Origin: Priapulus caudatus
Lineage: Eukaryota
Direction: 5' to 3'
Length of the DNA stretch: 62,791 nucleotides
NCBI RefSeq assembly: GCF_000485595.1
Contig: NW_014577092.1
Location: 1-62,791 of the forward strand
Under the pieces are notes generated by a model. It searched no databases and was not told where the DNA came from. It saw nothing but the letters and a program-made list of their open reading frames with translations. Position 1 is the first letter of the stretch; every line of letters begins with the position of its first letter. The position numbers and the translations under genes are program-made. This document shows, one piece after another, positions 1 to 13,455 of this stretch.

Positions 1-1
1 A

Positions 2-45
<44 letters not shown>

Positions 46-92
46 CACACGCACGCACGCGCGCGGACGGATGGACACACGTGTGCACACAC
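1..92. repeat. (ACGC)n/(CA)n microsatellite
   Basis: direct reading. Confidence 0.95.
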
Positions 93-661
93 ACTGAGGA
101 AGCACGTGAGAGGAATATTGAAAAAAAGTATAGCCACGTGCAATTGCAGATCGTGTGTTCTTTCTGATACACTGCACAAAGTAACTACATACATGATTGC
201 AATGCAGTGTTTTTGTCTCCACATCATCACCAAGAATTACCAAGTGCTTCAAGGGGATGAGAGAGGGAGAGAGAGAGATAGAGAAAGATAAAAAAGNTGT
301 CAGCAGGTGAAAATTTTTCAAAAGCTAAACTTGTGGTGAGAAGAAAAGGTTTATGGCTCCCTTAAAGACTCCTAACTAATGTTCCTATGGCACTTCTGTA
401 GCTGTCAGTATTTTACATGTAACGTATTCGCCTAGCTGGCGCTAGTGGCCACTTGGCCGGAAGTGGCAACTGTGGTGGTGGCGGCTGTCGCTAGTTGTTT
501 GCCTGCGTGTAACTTAGGTTAGGCAGGGTGGCAGCTACTCTAATTGCACCGCGCGCTGTATGGCTTGACCGTACAGGTAAACGTCGGATGCGATGAGTGC
601 TTACCTATTCTGCAAATAGTTGTTGCTACTACGTACGATGGGAGCTTCCATCTTTAATCTT

Positions 662-860
662 AAACGTACGCGCCATCTCGTGGCAACTTTCATAACGATC
701 CCAACGAACATTCCTTTGAGAAGGTTCCTGATACCATCCCTGTGCATTCCACTGTTTCGGCGTGTATGTGAACACATTTGGGACTAACAGGGTTTACTAG
801 AATCTCACCACTCCACCACAGAGTCACCGCAGTAGACGTTAGATGAGCGGCACTTGTTCG
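662..860 (+). repeat. interspersed repeat segment, second copy at 50064-~50250
   Basis: AAACGTACGCGCCATCTCGTGGCAACTTTCATAAC...GTAGACGTTAGATGAGCG is near-identical at both sites. Confidence 0.85.
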
Positions 861-1655
861 CTGTTGTGTGGAGATACCTTTTATGTTGAATGTTTGTTTT
901 GCTTGGGTCATATAATGTATTGCCTACAGATTTATATAATGTACAGTGATGCAATTTGCTAAAAAAAAGAATGGAAAAGATCAATAAAAATTTGTTGAAT
1001 CGGCCCCTTTTTGGCGGGTCGGTCAGGTGATAGCAAATGAACAAACAATATTTTTATTATGGCGTTATGTGCACTGTTTACACGTGATTAGTACGTGGTC
1101 GAATGACCGCTTATATATGACCGCTATAGTCAGTTATGGTGTGGCATGAGCGGTAAATTCAATCCATTTGGGAATATATACATATCAAGGTGAAAAACAG
1201 TATCATATGAGTATGCCTGTGTTGGGGTTGTCAAAACATAACTCTGCTGAATTTAGGTAATGTCGATTAGTCAATTAAAAGATAGAGGAATGTTTAGGGG
1301 ATGTCACAAATTAGCTTCAGCTATGAAGATATGTCAGATCCAACTTGCATTATAAAGGGATACAGATAGCCTAGACTTTACTATTTCATAGAGCTAAGTA
1401 CAGGGTCAAGTTTGTCCCGTACAGAATTGAACTGTGCTATGTGTGTGTGCGTGCATGTGTGCACATTTTTTGTATGTCATCAAGATGGTCATGTCATGAC
1501 AAATATATTTCTGACTGTTATCTTTTATATAATTGCTTATGTATGTAAGTAATCATATTTGATATTGCCATTATCCTAATATTTAATTTAATTGCTTAAT
1601 TAATTTTAAATTTAATACTGCAGATCATAAAATTGCTTTAAAATTAATTTTTCAG

Positions 1656-4600
1656 ATGTGAATGTGCTATATGAAGATTGTTTAGGGGTGGTTGATTTTT
1701 ACCCCTCATCTGACACAGCTGTGGTATATCTGGCCGAAGCAGACCTAGTTAGAGGAAATGGCTATAGAAGAAAGTTGGTAAAACTTCAAAAGGTATACCT
1801 ATAGAGAGAATAAGTTCATTTTCATTACTGGTTACAATGTTTTGTGCATAGCAAAGTTTATGTTCAATTGCACTTTCATTCACTTAAGGAATATTGGTGC
1901 TTTATTCGACTAATAACTATACATTAAAGGCTGTGCAACTTCCTTGATGCTTTGAATTGCACTTGAGTCTTTGCTGCCATGAAACAATTTCCCTGGCATG
2001 AGAAAAGGGAGACGTTCACCAATGTTCATAATGTACTGTTGTTTTTGCATAGGTCAGATCAGTTCGAGGGGTCATTCTGACAGAGAAGACGAGTATCAGT
2101 CAGCAATACTATACTCCACTACAAAGGTTTGCTGTGCAGGAGCTAGGGCTTATAGTAGTTCCTGTCAGCAATCAGGACGAGGCAGCGCACTTCCTCTCAC
2201 AATTGGCACGTAACAAATATCTCGCAATTGACAGGCTGCTATTTAACTACAGTCAAATCTGTGTTAGCGACTTAGCGGTCACTTCAATATAACCAACCAT
2301 TGTCTATAATTAAAGGACATCTGGCATTTCTCTAGAAATAAGCTGCGTTCACACGAGGAGAAAAGTTGCGTTCACACGCTAAAATATACGCGGCTTGCTT
2401 AGCCACGGCTTGCTTAGCCGCGAATGCTCCGGCTTGCTAAGCGCGGAATCATATTCCGCGCCAACTAAGCCGCGTATATTCGGCACCACGCTGGCCGGGT
2501 ATTGATTGTCGTGTGAACGCATTGTTCGTGTTGTTCGCGCATTGTGAACGCATTGTTCGTGTGAATTGCGAAACTGTAGCGCTCTAACCTAGACTGCTAC
2601 CTGTTCGCTGCACGACGTTAGGGTAGCGTGTGGAACTGTCGACCCGGTACCAGTCTATATTATACCGCGCTAGCTAAGCCTCGAATCTCGTGTATCTCGT
2701 GTGAACGCGTTTTAACCGGACTTAGCACCAACTAAGTACGGTACCAGCTAAGCCGTGTATACGTGTGAACGCAGCTATAGTGTTACAGTGAGTGGAACTG
2801 CTACAGAGTAGCCACATGTCTCTAAATTACGCTATTGGTGTTTCCCTTTAGTGGTCCTCATATATACAGACTTCAGGGGCTGAAAATAGTGGTTTTGCCT
2901 CGCAGGTCCGGGACTTTTCAGCAATATATTTGGAAGGTCTGATGAAAGATTTGGAAGGTCCAAATATGTAATCGTATGTTTATTTGGCTAATAGATCGTT
3001 TGGCAAAAGTGGGTCCGTTTTGGATACAAAACCAAACATATTACAAACTCATGTTTGCCCTTGTTTGATACAATACATGCGTCGTCTGCAGGCATTCCGA
3101 GTTATTCCCACAAGCAACGAGTTACTTCCGGTATGCTAAAACTGAATGCATAGACCTGCGTTAACTTCCGTTATAAACAACCATGCTACTAACGTTGCAG
3201 CATACGCTATCAGTACGTGTATTTGACCGTGTAATTTCGATCAGATTTTCGGTAAATTTGACTCTTAGTCTTATTCTTGGTATGTTTCATTGTGAATATT
3301 AACTATGATACGAGATGTCGACAGTGACCACAAATCGACCTACTTTCGCTTTATTTCTTCACAATTTGCAATGGTTTAAGGATGTTTTATTTGATGAAAG
3401 TGGAGTACTGTAAATTATTGATAGGTCCAACAGACTTTTTGCTTGGAAATTGCGAAGGTCCGAGCATGAAACCGGCAGGTCCCAGGCCTCGGACTTGCTT
3501 TATTTTCAGCCCCTGAGACTTGAATTGAAGTGCCAATTAAAGTGTCTTCAGAGATTGATAAATTGCTTTTTAAAAATGAAACCATATTTATTGCCAATTT
3601 ATTATAAACCAATTTAGTTTAATTATTGTTTACAATTATTATGCTGTTCAAAGGGATGTTCTTCGACATATAATAGTTTGTTGCATATTGTTGCATTTCT
3701 AAGATGAATTAAAATTAAGTATGCTTCATTTCTTGTCAGGTGATAGCCGAAGGCAAGATTAATGCAAACCCATTTAGGCGAAAAAAAGCGAGCTGCAACA
3801 TCGACACCCAACTGCTAGCAACTATGCAGTGCATACCTTGCCTTGGAGAAATAAAAGCGAGACAACTGCTAGAAAGATTCCACAGCATCAAAAGCATATG
3901 TGATGCTCCTTTAGAGGTACTTGCTGATCCTTTCCTCTGCAGGACAATGACTGTGGAAAATGAATATATAGTCTGCCTGAGTGCGATCTCTGTCATTAAA
4001 GGGATATTACACCCAAACATTTTAGGCTATATTATGATAGCAAGTGCATAACTAATAGTATATACTTGCAAAATTCTATAATCATGCATTCCCACTTGTC
4101 AGAAAACAACAGCGAGTTTCGAAATCTATAATTTTGGCCACTGACATGACACCTCATTGTAATGCTATGCTGACGATGTTGCGCTTTTTCCGATTTATTT
4201 TGCATGTTACACAGACAGGGCTAATCACAAAAGTACAATTATATTTAAACCTAACTGCTATTTAACCGAACGATTTATATTTTAGGAAAAATTCATTCGT
4301 TTTATAATTGAATCTAAAAGTTGTTTATTATTATAAGATATTGCAATCCTTCTCCTCCTAAATGAATAAATAAGAAACAACCTCCGTCTGTAGCCTGCAG
4401 CCAATAAGTTGCAATGCGCAGCTTTGAAAGTAGATGTTCTAGTAGCAGTAGTGGCGCCACCGTCATTGTAAGCCATTAGGTTTAAAACATGGAAAAATAT
4501 TTTTGATAAATATTGAACAATTAATGAAGTTTTTGATGTAGTGTAATATGAACCTATTTTAACTGAAAATATGCAAGGAATCTAGGGTCATCTATTCCAT

Positions 4601-4736
4601 TAATTGAATGTATTGCTTAGGCTGCTGGGATTTCATGTGAGGAAAACCTGATTCTTTTCATGTATTTTAGGATGTAATAAAAGTTGTGGGACCGGCTTGT
4701 GCTGCCAGAGTCAGGAGCTTCTACACATCCACGTGA
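1656..4736 (+). CDS. FAAP24: Fanconi anemia core complex-associated protein 24, 5'-partial, 4 exons: 1656-1792, 2053-2205, 3740-3916, 4671-4736(stop)
   Basis: Spliced translation DVNVLYEDCLGVVDFYPSSDTAVVYLAEADLVRGNGYRRKLVKLQK/VRSVRGVILTEKTSISQQYYTPLQRFAVQELGLIVVPVSNQDEAAHFLSQL/VIAEGKINANPFRRK...MQCIPCLGEIKARQLLERFHSIKSICDAPLE/DVIKVVGPACAARVRSFYTST*. This matches remembered human FAAP24 motifs (EADLVAGNGYRKRLV, GIVVVEKT, QIPGVGKVKA..LL..F.SI; HhH2 domain). Exon phases are consistent. The first exon was not found in the window. Confidence 0.92.
2341..2776. mobile_element. MITE, PIF/Harbinger-like, in FAAP24 intron
   Basis: 15-bp TIR AGCTGCGTTCACACG / CGTGTGAACGCAGCT, 3-bp TSD ATA. Confidence 0.85.
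2874..3515. mobile_element. non-autonomous TIR transposon with 6-bp TSD
   Basis: 15-bp TIR CAGGGGCTGAAAATA / TATTTTCAGCCCCTG, AGACTT on both flanks. Confidence 0.85.
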
Positions 4737-4912
4737 CCACCCGAGTAGTGCGTAAACAATGTACGTTTAGTTATATATTGAGCTAGAAGTGTATTTTGTA
4801 AGATTTAACACAACTAACTGAGGCAGAGCATGGTGTCTAAAAGTTATTAAATGTTCAAAAGTTTTGCAGTGTGTAGTGTCTATAGTTGTAACTATATGTA
4901 TTTTATCTATAA

Positions 4913-4918
4913 AATAAA
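4913..4918 (+). promoter_or_regulatory. candidate polyadenylation signal of FAAP24
   Basis: AATAAA about 180 nt after the stop codon. Confidence 0.45.
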
Positions 4919-5875
4919 TTTTGTTAGCTTATCTAACATTTCACTATACTTCAAATACTATAACTGTAGTTAATATATATATATATATATATGAATATAT
5001 GAAATGAAAGGGTTTTAGACATATTCGCTTGATCTTTAGCTCATACTAGCTTAGCTCATGCATTCTATAGATGCATTCCTGCACACATTTTTGTGACAAA
5101 CCATTGTAAAAATGCAAGTAAATAACTCACTACACTTTAACTGAACGTTAGCTTTGAAGATAAAACTGTAAAATTATGTATCAAGCCTAGTGATGTCACG
5201 ATCATCGATTATACTCGATCATCAGTTGAACAGTGGCTCGAACCAAGCGCTTGGTTATCAAAATCCATAATTGATTTAATATGAAAAAAAAATTGTTTTT
5301 TTTTAAACTTGAACAAGAAAACTTGGAAAAGTGATGCGCGAATCAGAGAATTATGCGTCGGCTACTATAGCAAGTTATCGCTTTATTAACATAACATGTA
5401 TTATACACACAGTAGTAAACAGTGCAAACAAACAGTAAACAGGGCTAAACAAAGCACATACATGCACACACTTACATGCGCGCAGACGTTACGCACACGC
5501 AGGCATTCAACACCCCGCAGTCAACGCGATTGTAAACGGATCATCGTTACTTGGGTCCAACTGATGATCGATTACGAAATTAACAACCGATTGACAACAC
5601 TAATCCAGAGAGACCGGGGTACAAGATGGCGTTGCGCAAAAGATGCGTTGTTCCCCGACCGCCAAGAGCGGTTAAACCGCGCACTTCCGCGGGACTGGGC
5701 GCGCACGCGACGCGCGGTGTTGTATGTAGTATTTCGCGCTGCCCGCTATACGAATTCGCGCGCGCGAAGGAGGGCCGGGCGCGCGAATACCGTATAGCGG
5801 GAAGCGTAACATCGCGCAGTTTTCGTCACACCTACACCGGCTCGGCTACGGCGGGCATTTGCGGCTGCTGCTTGC

Positions 5876-6168
5876 GCTGAGAGGGTCTATGTCCCCGCGG
5901 GTAGTGCGCGGAACGTACCCTGGGTACGGTTCGGTATACCGGAACGTACCCTGGCACTATCTAATATGCCGGACCGCGTACCTCGCCTACTCCACTAACG
6001 AGTCTAGGGAGTCGCCTACGCCTACTCCCTAACCTGAACCCTAATCCTAACCCTAACCCTAATCCTAACCCTAACCATATCAAATAGTGACCACAGTACG
6101 TTCCGGTATACGCGGACCGTACCAGGGTACGTTCCGGCAGTACCCTGGGGGACATAGACTTATGAGGC
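5876..6168. mobile_element. foldback MITE with (CCCTAA)n core, Mutator-like 9-bp TSD
   Basis: long TIRs GCTGAGAGGGTCTATGTCCCC..., TSD GCTGCTTGC on both sides; same family as 31896-32155 and 35670-35983. Confidence 0.85.
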
Positions 6169-6394
6169 GCTGCTTGCTTGTTGCGCGCTGCGCGCAGGGG
6201 CGAGTATTTTTTGCTGCGGCTGCTTTGCCAGCAGTATCTACAGATTAGCTACGTGTAAAAACTGGCACGGCCACGCCACCACGTGCTCGCAGTATTCGCC
6301 GGCCAGCGAAATATTTTTTCCCAAACGGTATAACATAGCAAAGAATATAGCGCCTTCTGATTGGTTGCTTCGATTTTCTTATATATATTATATA

Positions 6395-6792
6395 AGATTA
6401 TATGTTTATATTTTTATATGAGGTATGTTTAGGGTTAGGGTTAGGGTTAGAGTTAGGGTTAGGGTTAGGGTTTAGTGTTAGGTTTAGGGTACACTTCTGT
6501 AGTACAAGTCTGGTACACTTTGTGTATACATATATGTACCTCGGGTAGCACATCTGGGGTTCAAGGATAGAGAACATGGGTCCCAATAAAACCAATGTCA
6601 TTTACATCAATATAAATAAAATATAATATTACATCAATATAATAGGTTAGGGTTATGGTTAGGGTTAGGGTTAGGATTGGGGTTAGGGTTAGAGTTAGGG
6701 TTAGGTTTAGGCACATTGCTTTTATTGGGACCCATGTTCTCTATCCTTGGGCCCATATCGGCCGTACCTGTTACGACAACGACCCCTTCAGC
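6395..6792. mobile_element. partial TTAGGG-containing element related to 32262-32492
   Basis: shares GTACACTTCTGTAGTACAAGTCTGG..., (TTAGGG)n tracts and the end ...CGACAACGACCCCTTCAGC; left end not seen. Confidence 0.65.
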
Positions 6793-8647
6793 ACTACTAG
6801 AGCTACGACGGTACTATACTAGGCCTAGTACTAGGGCTACGACAGTACTTAGAAGCTATACGTACTCGTACTCGTTGACCTAGTAAGTAGTGATTACTAG
6901 TACGGCGGTAGACTAGTCGTAGTAGTAGCCTAGTGTTTAACCCTGAGGTCAGCCGAAACGTAAACTAATCGGACCACGGCACGAACATAAAGTTAAACAG
7001 AAATTCGGCAGCTATAAGTTAACTATAAGTATAAGCCTAGACCCTCTCATAACCCAAACGGCATGATATTTGGGTTAATTCACTCAAACCCATGTTGTTT
7101 TAAAGAAAACATACTAAAAACTACTTTAACCTCACTTACAGAAAGTTCGGTGAAAGTTTTTGGTAGATAAGGAGTTGGATTTTGGCTACAAGTCATGGAG
7201 GCTGACATCTTGCCAAATTCCAGCCAATGAAAAGGCGCCTAAATCCTTTCTTCCGTTTGGGGAAAAACATTTCGCCGCCGGCCACGCCAGCGTATGTGGT
7301 CGCACGACGTGACGTTGCCACGGGCAGCGCGGGGTCGGGAGGGTTGCTCAAAACATGTCACGTATGCAGCCAGGCGCCGTAACGGCGGCATCGCATTTGC
7401 AGATAGACCGCGCCCCCCCACGTGGAGCGCCGTACAACACTTCGTAAAAAGTATTGTGATAGACAAAACTCTATACTCGGCAGTAGTGCCAGTCATCGCG
7501 TAGCGGCCAACGAGCGAGCGCGTCATCGCTGATTGACAGCATTTCTTGAGGTTTCTTGTAGGAGTCACTACGTCTTAGCCATGAGGCGCGCCACCCCAAA
7601 AAACGTTTAGGGCCGTTTGGAGATGGCCTACTGCTGTCCATCGCGCGAAATGTCGGTTGGATTGCGCCCAGTTTCGCGTAATGCGTTTTCAGACCCCTGT
7701 CTCAGATATCTGTCTAAAGTGGACAAAAAGGGGGCGGCGTATTCGCGTTGGGGCGCGGCTTCGCCGCGAGCTGTGCGCTGCGCCGCAAAAACCGGGGCCG
7801 CCAAGTCCGTCAAGCCTATATTCCCTCAACGAAAAAAACAACTTGAAAAATGCGTTTTGCCGCGGTTCTGTATCATGGCGGCAAGAGTTGACGCAGGTCA
7901 CGTATATATCCAGTACAACTATAGATATCATATAACACATTGTGTTATATGATATCTATGAGCATATGCGGCCTTCATGACCTTCAGCGCTTGGCAACAC
8001 CACATGGCAACAAGAGACACGTCACAACATCGCCACAGTGCGGCAAAAGTCAACGTTGTTTGATACATTCCGACCCGACACTTTTACTTTGCAGTCTAAG
8101 CTTTGAATGAACGTATCACACATAATATATAGGCAGGTACAAACGTGCAATGTTAAAATAATTCATTTTGCCTGATTTTTATGTTTGCCGCTTGAAACTT
8201 CGAATCAGGGCACCTTTAACTGTTACTTTGACAGATACACACATCTCTTATTTATTTCTCTATTGGGTATTTGGGTTATTTTGCTTGACACTAGGTATGT
8301 TTCTTACAGTGATTTATTGGTACCACTGCAGTTGTTAAAAAGTAAAATGCATTTTTTAACTTTTCAACCAGAGATTTTTAGGAATGTTTGCTTGGTGACA
8401 CATGAATTTTCAATGGTACCTTAAAATGTCTGATTACACAATGGTAATATAGTGGTGCGTTAAATAATAAAATGATAATTTGGTACCATTTGTATGATCT
8501 AGTACCTAGTTCTTTAGTAGTCTATATCTATATCCAGTTTATGTGTGCTCGTAGTTATGTCAGCTGTTGATAATAAATATGACACGCCCATTACTGGCTG
8601 CAAGAGCTGAGAATGAAATTAGTATATAATTTTTTTAATGAAGTTAT

Positions 8648-11600
8648 TGTAATGTTCTATTTTTCAGTAGATCGTTTTGCCGGGTGGAGAGGGCTCGGGG
8701 GGGGGGGGGGTATTCTAGGAATAAACGTGGTGGTTGAGTTTCACATATCTGCGTCCTCTAATTTATTTGGAGTAAGAGTGATTGTGAGGTAAAATAACTA
8801 CTGCTAATTCATGCCACTAAGAGAGCATACAACACTGGCGACGAGGATAATACTATTTGGGTGAGAGGAAATTATCTTGGAATGGAGATAAATAAGATAC
8901 CGACGTTTGAACTGCTACTATCTGACCCGGCTACGTGCGGTCCCCGCTGGACGCGATGGCTGACAGCGTTCGAACTATGCTGATGGGAAAGGTCTTAATC
9001 GTTAACGAAGATACGGACAATACTACGAAGCAAAGGAGAAAGAGCGTTGTTACTTCACTCTGCCGGACTTTGATGTGCAGGACGTGTTTTCTACATTACC
9101 GCCACCGCGAGGAGTCACGGATTATGTTACAGCAGTGACAGCATTGAACACTTATTTCGTGGGCCCACAAATAAATTCAGCGTTTGCGAGACAGACATTT
9201 CACGCAAGATCACTCAGACACCAGGTGAGGACTGTGAAACAATTTGTCACACGTTTGAGGAAGGCGGCGAGAGACTAATTTTGGCAGCGATATTGAGAAT
9301 CAGATCAGAGACAGTGTGCTGAGCAAGTGCTCGTCGGATTACGTTAGGAGGAAGCTGCTGGAAGAGAGGCCAGGCATTGACATGTAGGCCGTGCCATACA
9401 AGTGGCAGACCAGTGCGAGATGGTGGAGGGCCAAATGGCGGCACTTTCGACGGCAAATAGCGGCAAACAGAGTTGGTGAGAGGAGTGGAAACTGGAAGCC
9501 ACAACAACAGAGAGCATGGAGTAAATCCGATAATAAGACTGTTACTGTTAGAGATAAGGCTTGTTATAGATGCGGATTAACTGGTCATTTTGGGAACGAT
9601 CCGAAATGTCCAGCAAAAGGTCAGTCATGTAGAAAGTGCAAAGGGAAAGATAATTTTGCTAAAGTGTGTAGGACAAAGTCTAGGTCGGGGGTTAATTTAG
9701 TTAGTGAAAGTCCTAATGACCCCTGTAATACAGATTATGCATTCACTGTGTCTGGTTGTAAATCAAGTATGCTTACCACATGTGTTGGTGGTGTGGATTT
9801 AGCAATGTTGGTGGAATCAGGTGCGACCAGTAACATCGTCGATGAGGAAACCTGGAGGGATTAAAATCTAGAAAGATAAAGTGGCAAGTCTGTGGCTAGT
9901 ACTACAGTGAGGAAACTGTATCCCCTATGGCTCTGATAAACCATTGCCAGTAAAGGAAGGTTTGACTGTGTTATTCAGGCAGGCGAAAAGTCGCTGAAGC
10001 TGAGTTCCTGGTAATTAAGGGAAAGGTGTACCGTTGCTTGGTACGAGAGAACGGCCGACGAAGTTAGGTGTCCTGAAAATTGGCATTGAGATTGCAGCAG
10101 TAAGCGATGTAGCCAGTGATATCCAACGACTGTATCCGGATGTGTTCCACGGTGTTGGAAAATTGAAAACTAGGCAAGTAATTTATCCACATTGATCACA
10201 CTGTACCGCCAGTAGCACAACGCCTTGAGGCGAAACGTCCATTCAATTTGAGGGATAAGGTAGATGGAAAGATAAAAGAATTAGCTGGATCTTAGACATC
10301 ATTGAACCAGTCAATGTCCGCCACACCTTGGGTAAATCCAGTCGTAGTCGTCCGCGAAAGCCAGCAGGTGACATAAGGGCTGTGTCTTGATATGCGTAGA
10401 GCAAATGAGGCTGTTTATTCATGGCCGATACCCCAGTACGCCACGCGTGATGAACTGCCTCCAAAATATTAATGGGTCAAAAGTGTTCAGCAGATTAGCA
10501 TTTAAAGTGGGTTATCACCAGTTGGAGCTGTCTCCAGAGGTGTCGTGAAATCACCACATTCGGCCACTCATTCAGGGCTGTATCCTATAAAAGATTATTG
10601 TTTGTGTATGTTCGGCCAGCGAGGAATATCAACACGAGATAGCAACAGGCGTTAGCAGGGCATCGAGGGTGTGGAAAATATCTCTGACGATATCATATGC
10701 ATGGACCTGATAAAGAAACACATGATAGACAGCTACATGCAGTAATGAAACGGCTGCAGTCCAGGCGGCTAACACTGAATTCCGACAAATGTCAATTTGA
10801 TATGGATCAGCCTTGTATTCATGGGGATACTACTATCGCAGAAGGCTATAGGCCTAGTGAGGACAGGGTAAAAAGCTGTGATGGAAGCGCGAGAGCCAGC
10901 GAGTGTATCAGAGGTGCGAAGCTTTTTAGGGTCTAGTGTGTTATAGTGCAAGTTTATACCGCAGTTCGGCGACCATTTCTGAGGCCACTGAGGAAACTGA
11001 CTCATAAGGAGGTACAATTCAACTTTGGTCCTGAGCAGAAAGCATCATTCCAGGCTTTGAAGGACATTCTCGCTAAAGCAATACGTTGGCTTAATTGATA
11101 AAGATGCCCCCACTAAGGTGATAGCTGATGCTAGTCCAGTTGGTCTAGGTGCTGTGCTAGTACAGGAACAGAATGGGAAGTTTGTACCAGTATGTTATGC
11201 GAGTCGTAGTTGAGCGCCGTGAACGTAGATATTCACAGACAGAGCGTGAAGCGCTGGGTCTAGTTTGGCTGTGCGAGAGATTTCATGCATACATATATGG
11301 TATGGAATTTGATTTAGTGACTGATCATAAACAATTAGAGGCCTATCTACAGCCCGCGTTCCCAGCCGTGTGCCGCGAATTGAAAGATGGGTGCTACGTC
11401 TCCAACCTTTATACGTTTCAAAGTAGTGTCCGCTATGTATGCCTCCGAGGGCCCAAAGAATATAGGCAGATTCATTGTCACGCTTTCTAAGCTGGATAAG
11501 GCCAATGCACCAGGGCCATGGTTACAGTGGTGCCAAGCGAATATGTGGGGTTGTTGTGCCAGCATTAGCGACACAAAGAGCGTTAACTAGCAGACGTTGA

Positions 11601-13455
11601 GAGGTAGACACATAATGTCTGCCAAGCTGACGACGAGCTAATCGTTATTAGCGAGAAGCAATAAAAAGACGGTGTCGATGTTAGAAATGCAAAGCGTTTG
11701 CGGCCAATAGTGCCAGAATAAGTGCGTGTTGGACAGTACTGGTGCTATGAGGTACCTCGTATTGTAATTACCAAGCTAAGTTTAGCGACCACAAGCGCTA
11801 GATTTGGCACACGAAAGGCATTTAGGTGTGCGTCGGGGGAACGAAATACAGAATCTAAGAAGGCCAAAGCTGTGGTGCGGCAGGCATAGAATAGAGGCTG
11901 CGAGAAAGCTATTGTAGATCGTGTCATGGTTGTCAGTTAGTCACGCATCCAGATCCACCCGAAGCTGGTGAGACCAACAACGGTACCGCGCGACGGACGC
12001 CTGGCTAGGATGTCGCTATCACTCTGCTGGGACCATTTCCATTGCGGAACATTGCCGATAGTTGTCGCCTAGTTTGACTTATATAGTTGGTTCTATGAAA
12101 TACGATATTCTTAAACGTGCTACCCTGGCTGTGAAAGATAATCGATAGAGTTGAAGCGAGAGTATTTCAGTCGTCACTGGACCTGATCACTATCACTAAT
12201 CAAGTCAGATAAACGCCGAGCACAGTTTTCGTTTCTGAAGAGTATCCAGCGAGTATGTGATCAAAATGGGAATCACGCGCCCTCAAGAGTTACTGCAAAA
12301 TGGGCGCACACGCAAATGGCGAGTAGAACGCCATAATAAGTCGCTGATGGAAGAGAATTCGTATCGCTCAGGCAGCAGAGGGTTAGACTGGAAATAAGGG
12401 AAGCTCAGGGCAAGTATGTGACGAAAATAGCGTGGGCATTTGACCATCAATACTACAGGGCAGAAGCTCCAGCGTGAACTCTGTTTAATCCGTTAAAGAA
12501 GTGAGAGGGAAATTACCAGATTTCCGAAGCAGACAGCCGTAAGTGATATGGAGAGTAGCCGAGATCGTGATGCTGACAGACAAGGCGAAAGCGAAAAATC
12601 TACGCTGACGAACGTCGCAACGCGCCAAGTACTCTTGCGTTGATGTGCGTGATAAGTTCGCGATCAGGAAATAGAAAACCAATAAGTTTTCAACAACATT
12701 CGATCCGGTTCCCCAGCACTGCTCGTAAGCAAATTTTGGTAATAGTCTTGTAGAGGGAGGCTCCGAATGATACTGCAATAACTCCATAGAAATAACTAAC
12801 TCATGTTAGGAAATACGCGTGCTGAAATGCTAGTACTCCCATACAGGACGGAATAAGGTAAGAAAGGTGCCCGGCGTCACCCATGCGCCACCAATGATTG
12901 AAAACTAGAGCAAATAGTGGAGTTCCAGACAGTGATGTTGTGCAGAAACTAGTTATAGATCGCAGATGCTTCAGGCTTCATCTGAAGATACGTCTCAGAT
13001 GCCACCAATCTTCTTGACAGTACCCAGTATCGCTAGATCGCCACAGGCAAAAGAGGAGTAGCCCTGCTAAGTAGCTCTGACTATGGTATGGAGTAGAATT
13101 TGTTTTCTAGTTTGTGTTGGAGATGACAATAGTTCGTTGAGATTAGTTGTTCGCACAGTTGTGTTACTGCGAATAAGTTTGAATTAGTTCAGAGCATTTG
13201 TATGTTATATGGCAAACGGGTTTATTGCGCTGCCAGAGCTTATTGTGTTACCTTTAAAGAAATGAAGAGATTGTAATGTTCTATTGTTTCATGGATCTTT
13301 TGCCGGTGGAGGAGCAGCTCGGGGGCGGGGGTATTCTAGGAATAAACTGCGTGTTGAGTTTCACATATCTGCGCTCCTCTAATTTATTGGGTAAGGAGTG
13401 CATGTGAGGCTAAAATTATCTATCTCTAAATTCATGCACTAAGAGAGATACAACA
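8648..13455 (+). mobile_element. Ty3/Gypsy (Mag-like) LTR retrotransposon, noisy copy
   Basis: 5' LTR 8648-8834 (TG...CA), PBS TGGCGACGAGGAT 8836-8848, gag ATG 8882. Tandem zinc-knuckle region CYRCGLTGHFGNDPKCPAKGQSCRKCKGKDNFAKVC and protease-like LVESGAT. Frameshifted RT/RH/IN, 3' LTR 13272-13455. Confidence 0.92.

Noticed and set aside
6428..6710. True telomere or chromosome fusion site
   Set aside because: Tracts are short, degenerate and embedded in MITE-like sequence seen elsewhere in the window
8882..13100. Many frameshifts read as programmed frameshifting or ancient decay
   Set aside because: The same region is largely open in the cleaner copy; the pattern fits uncorrected long-read error
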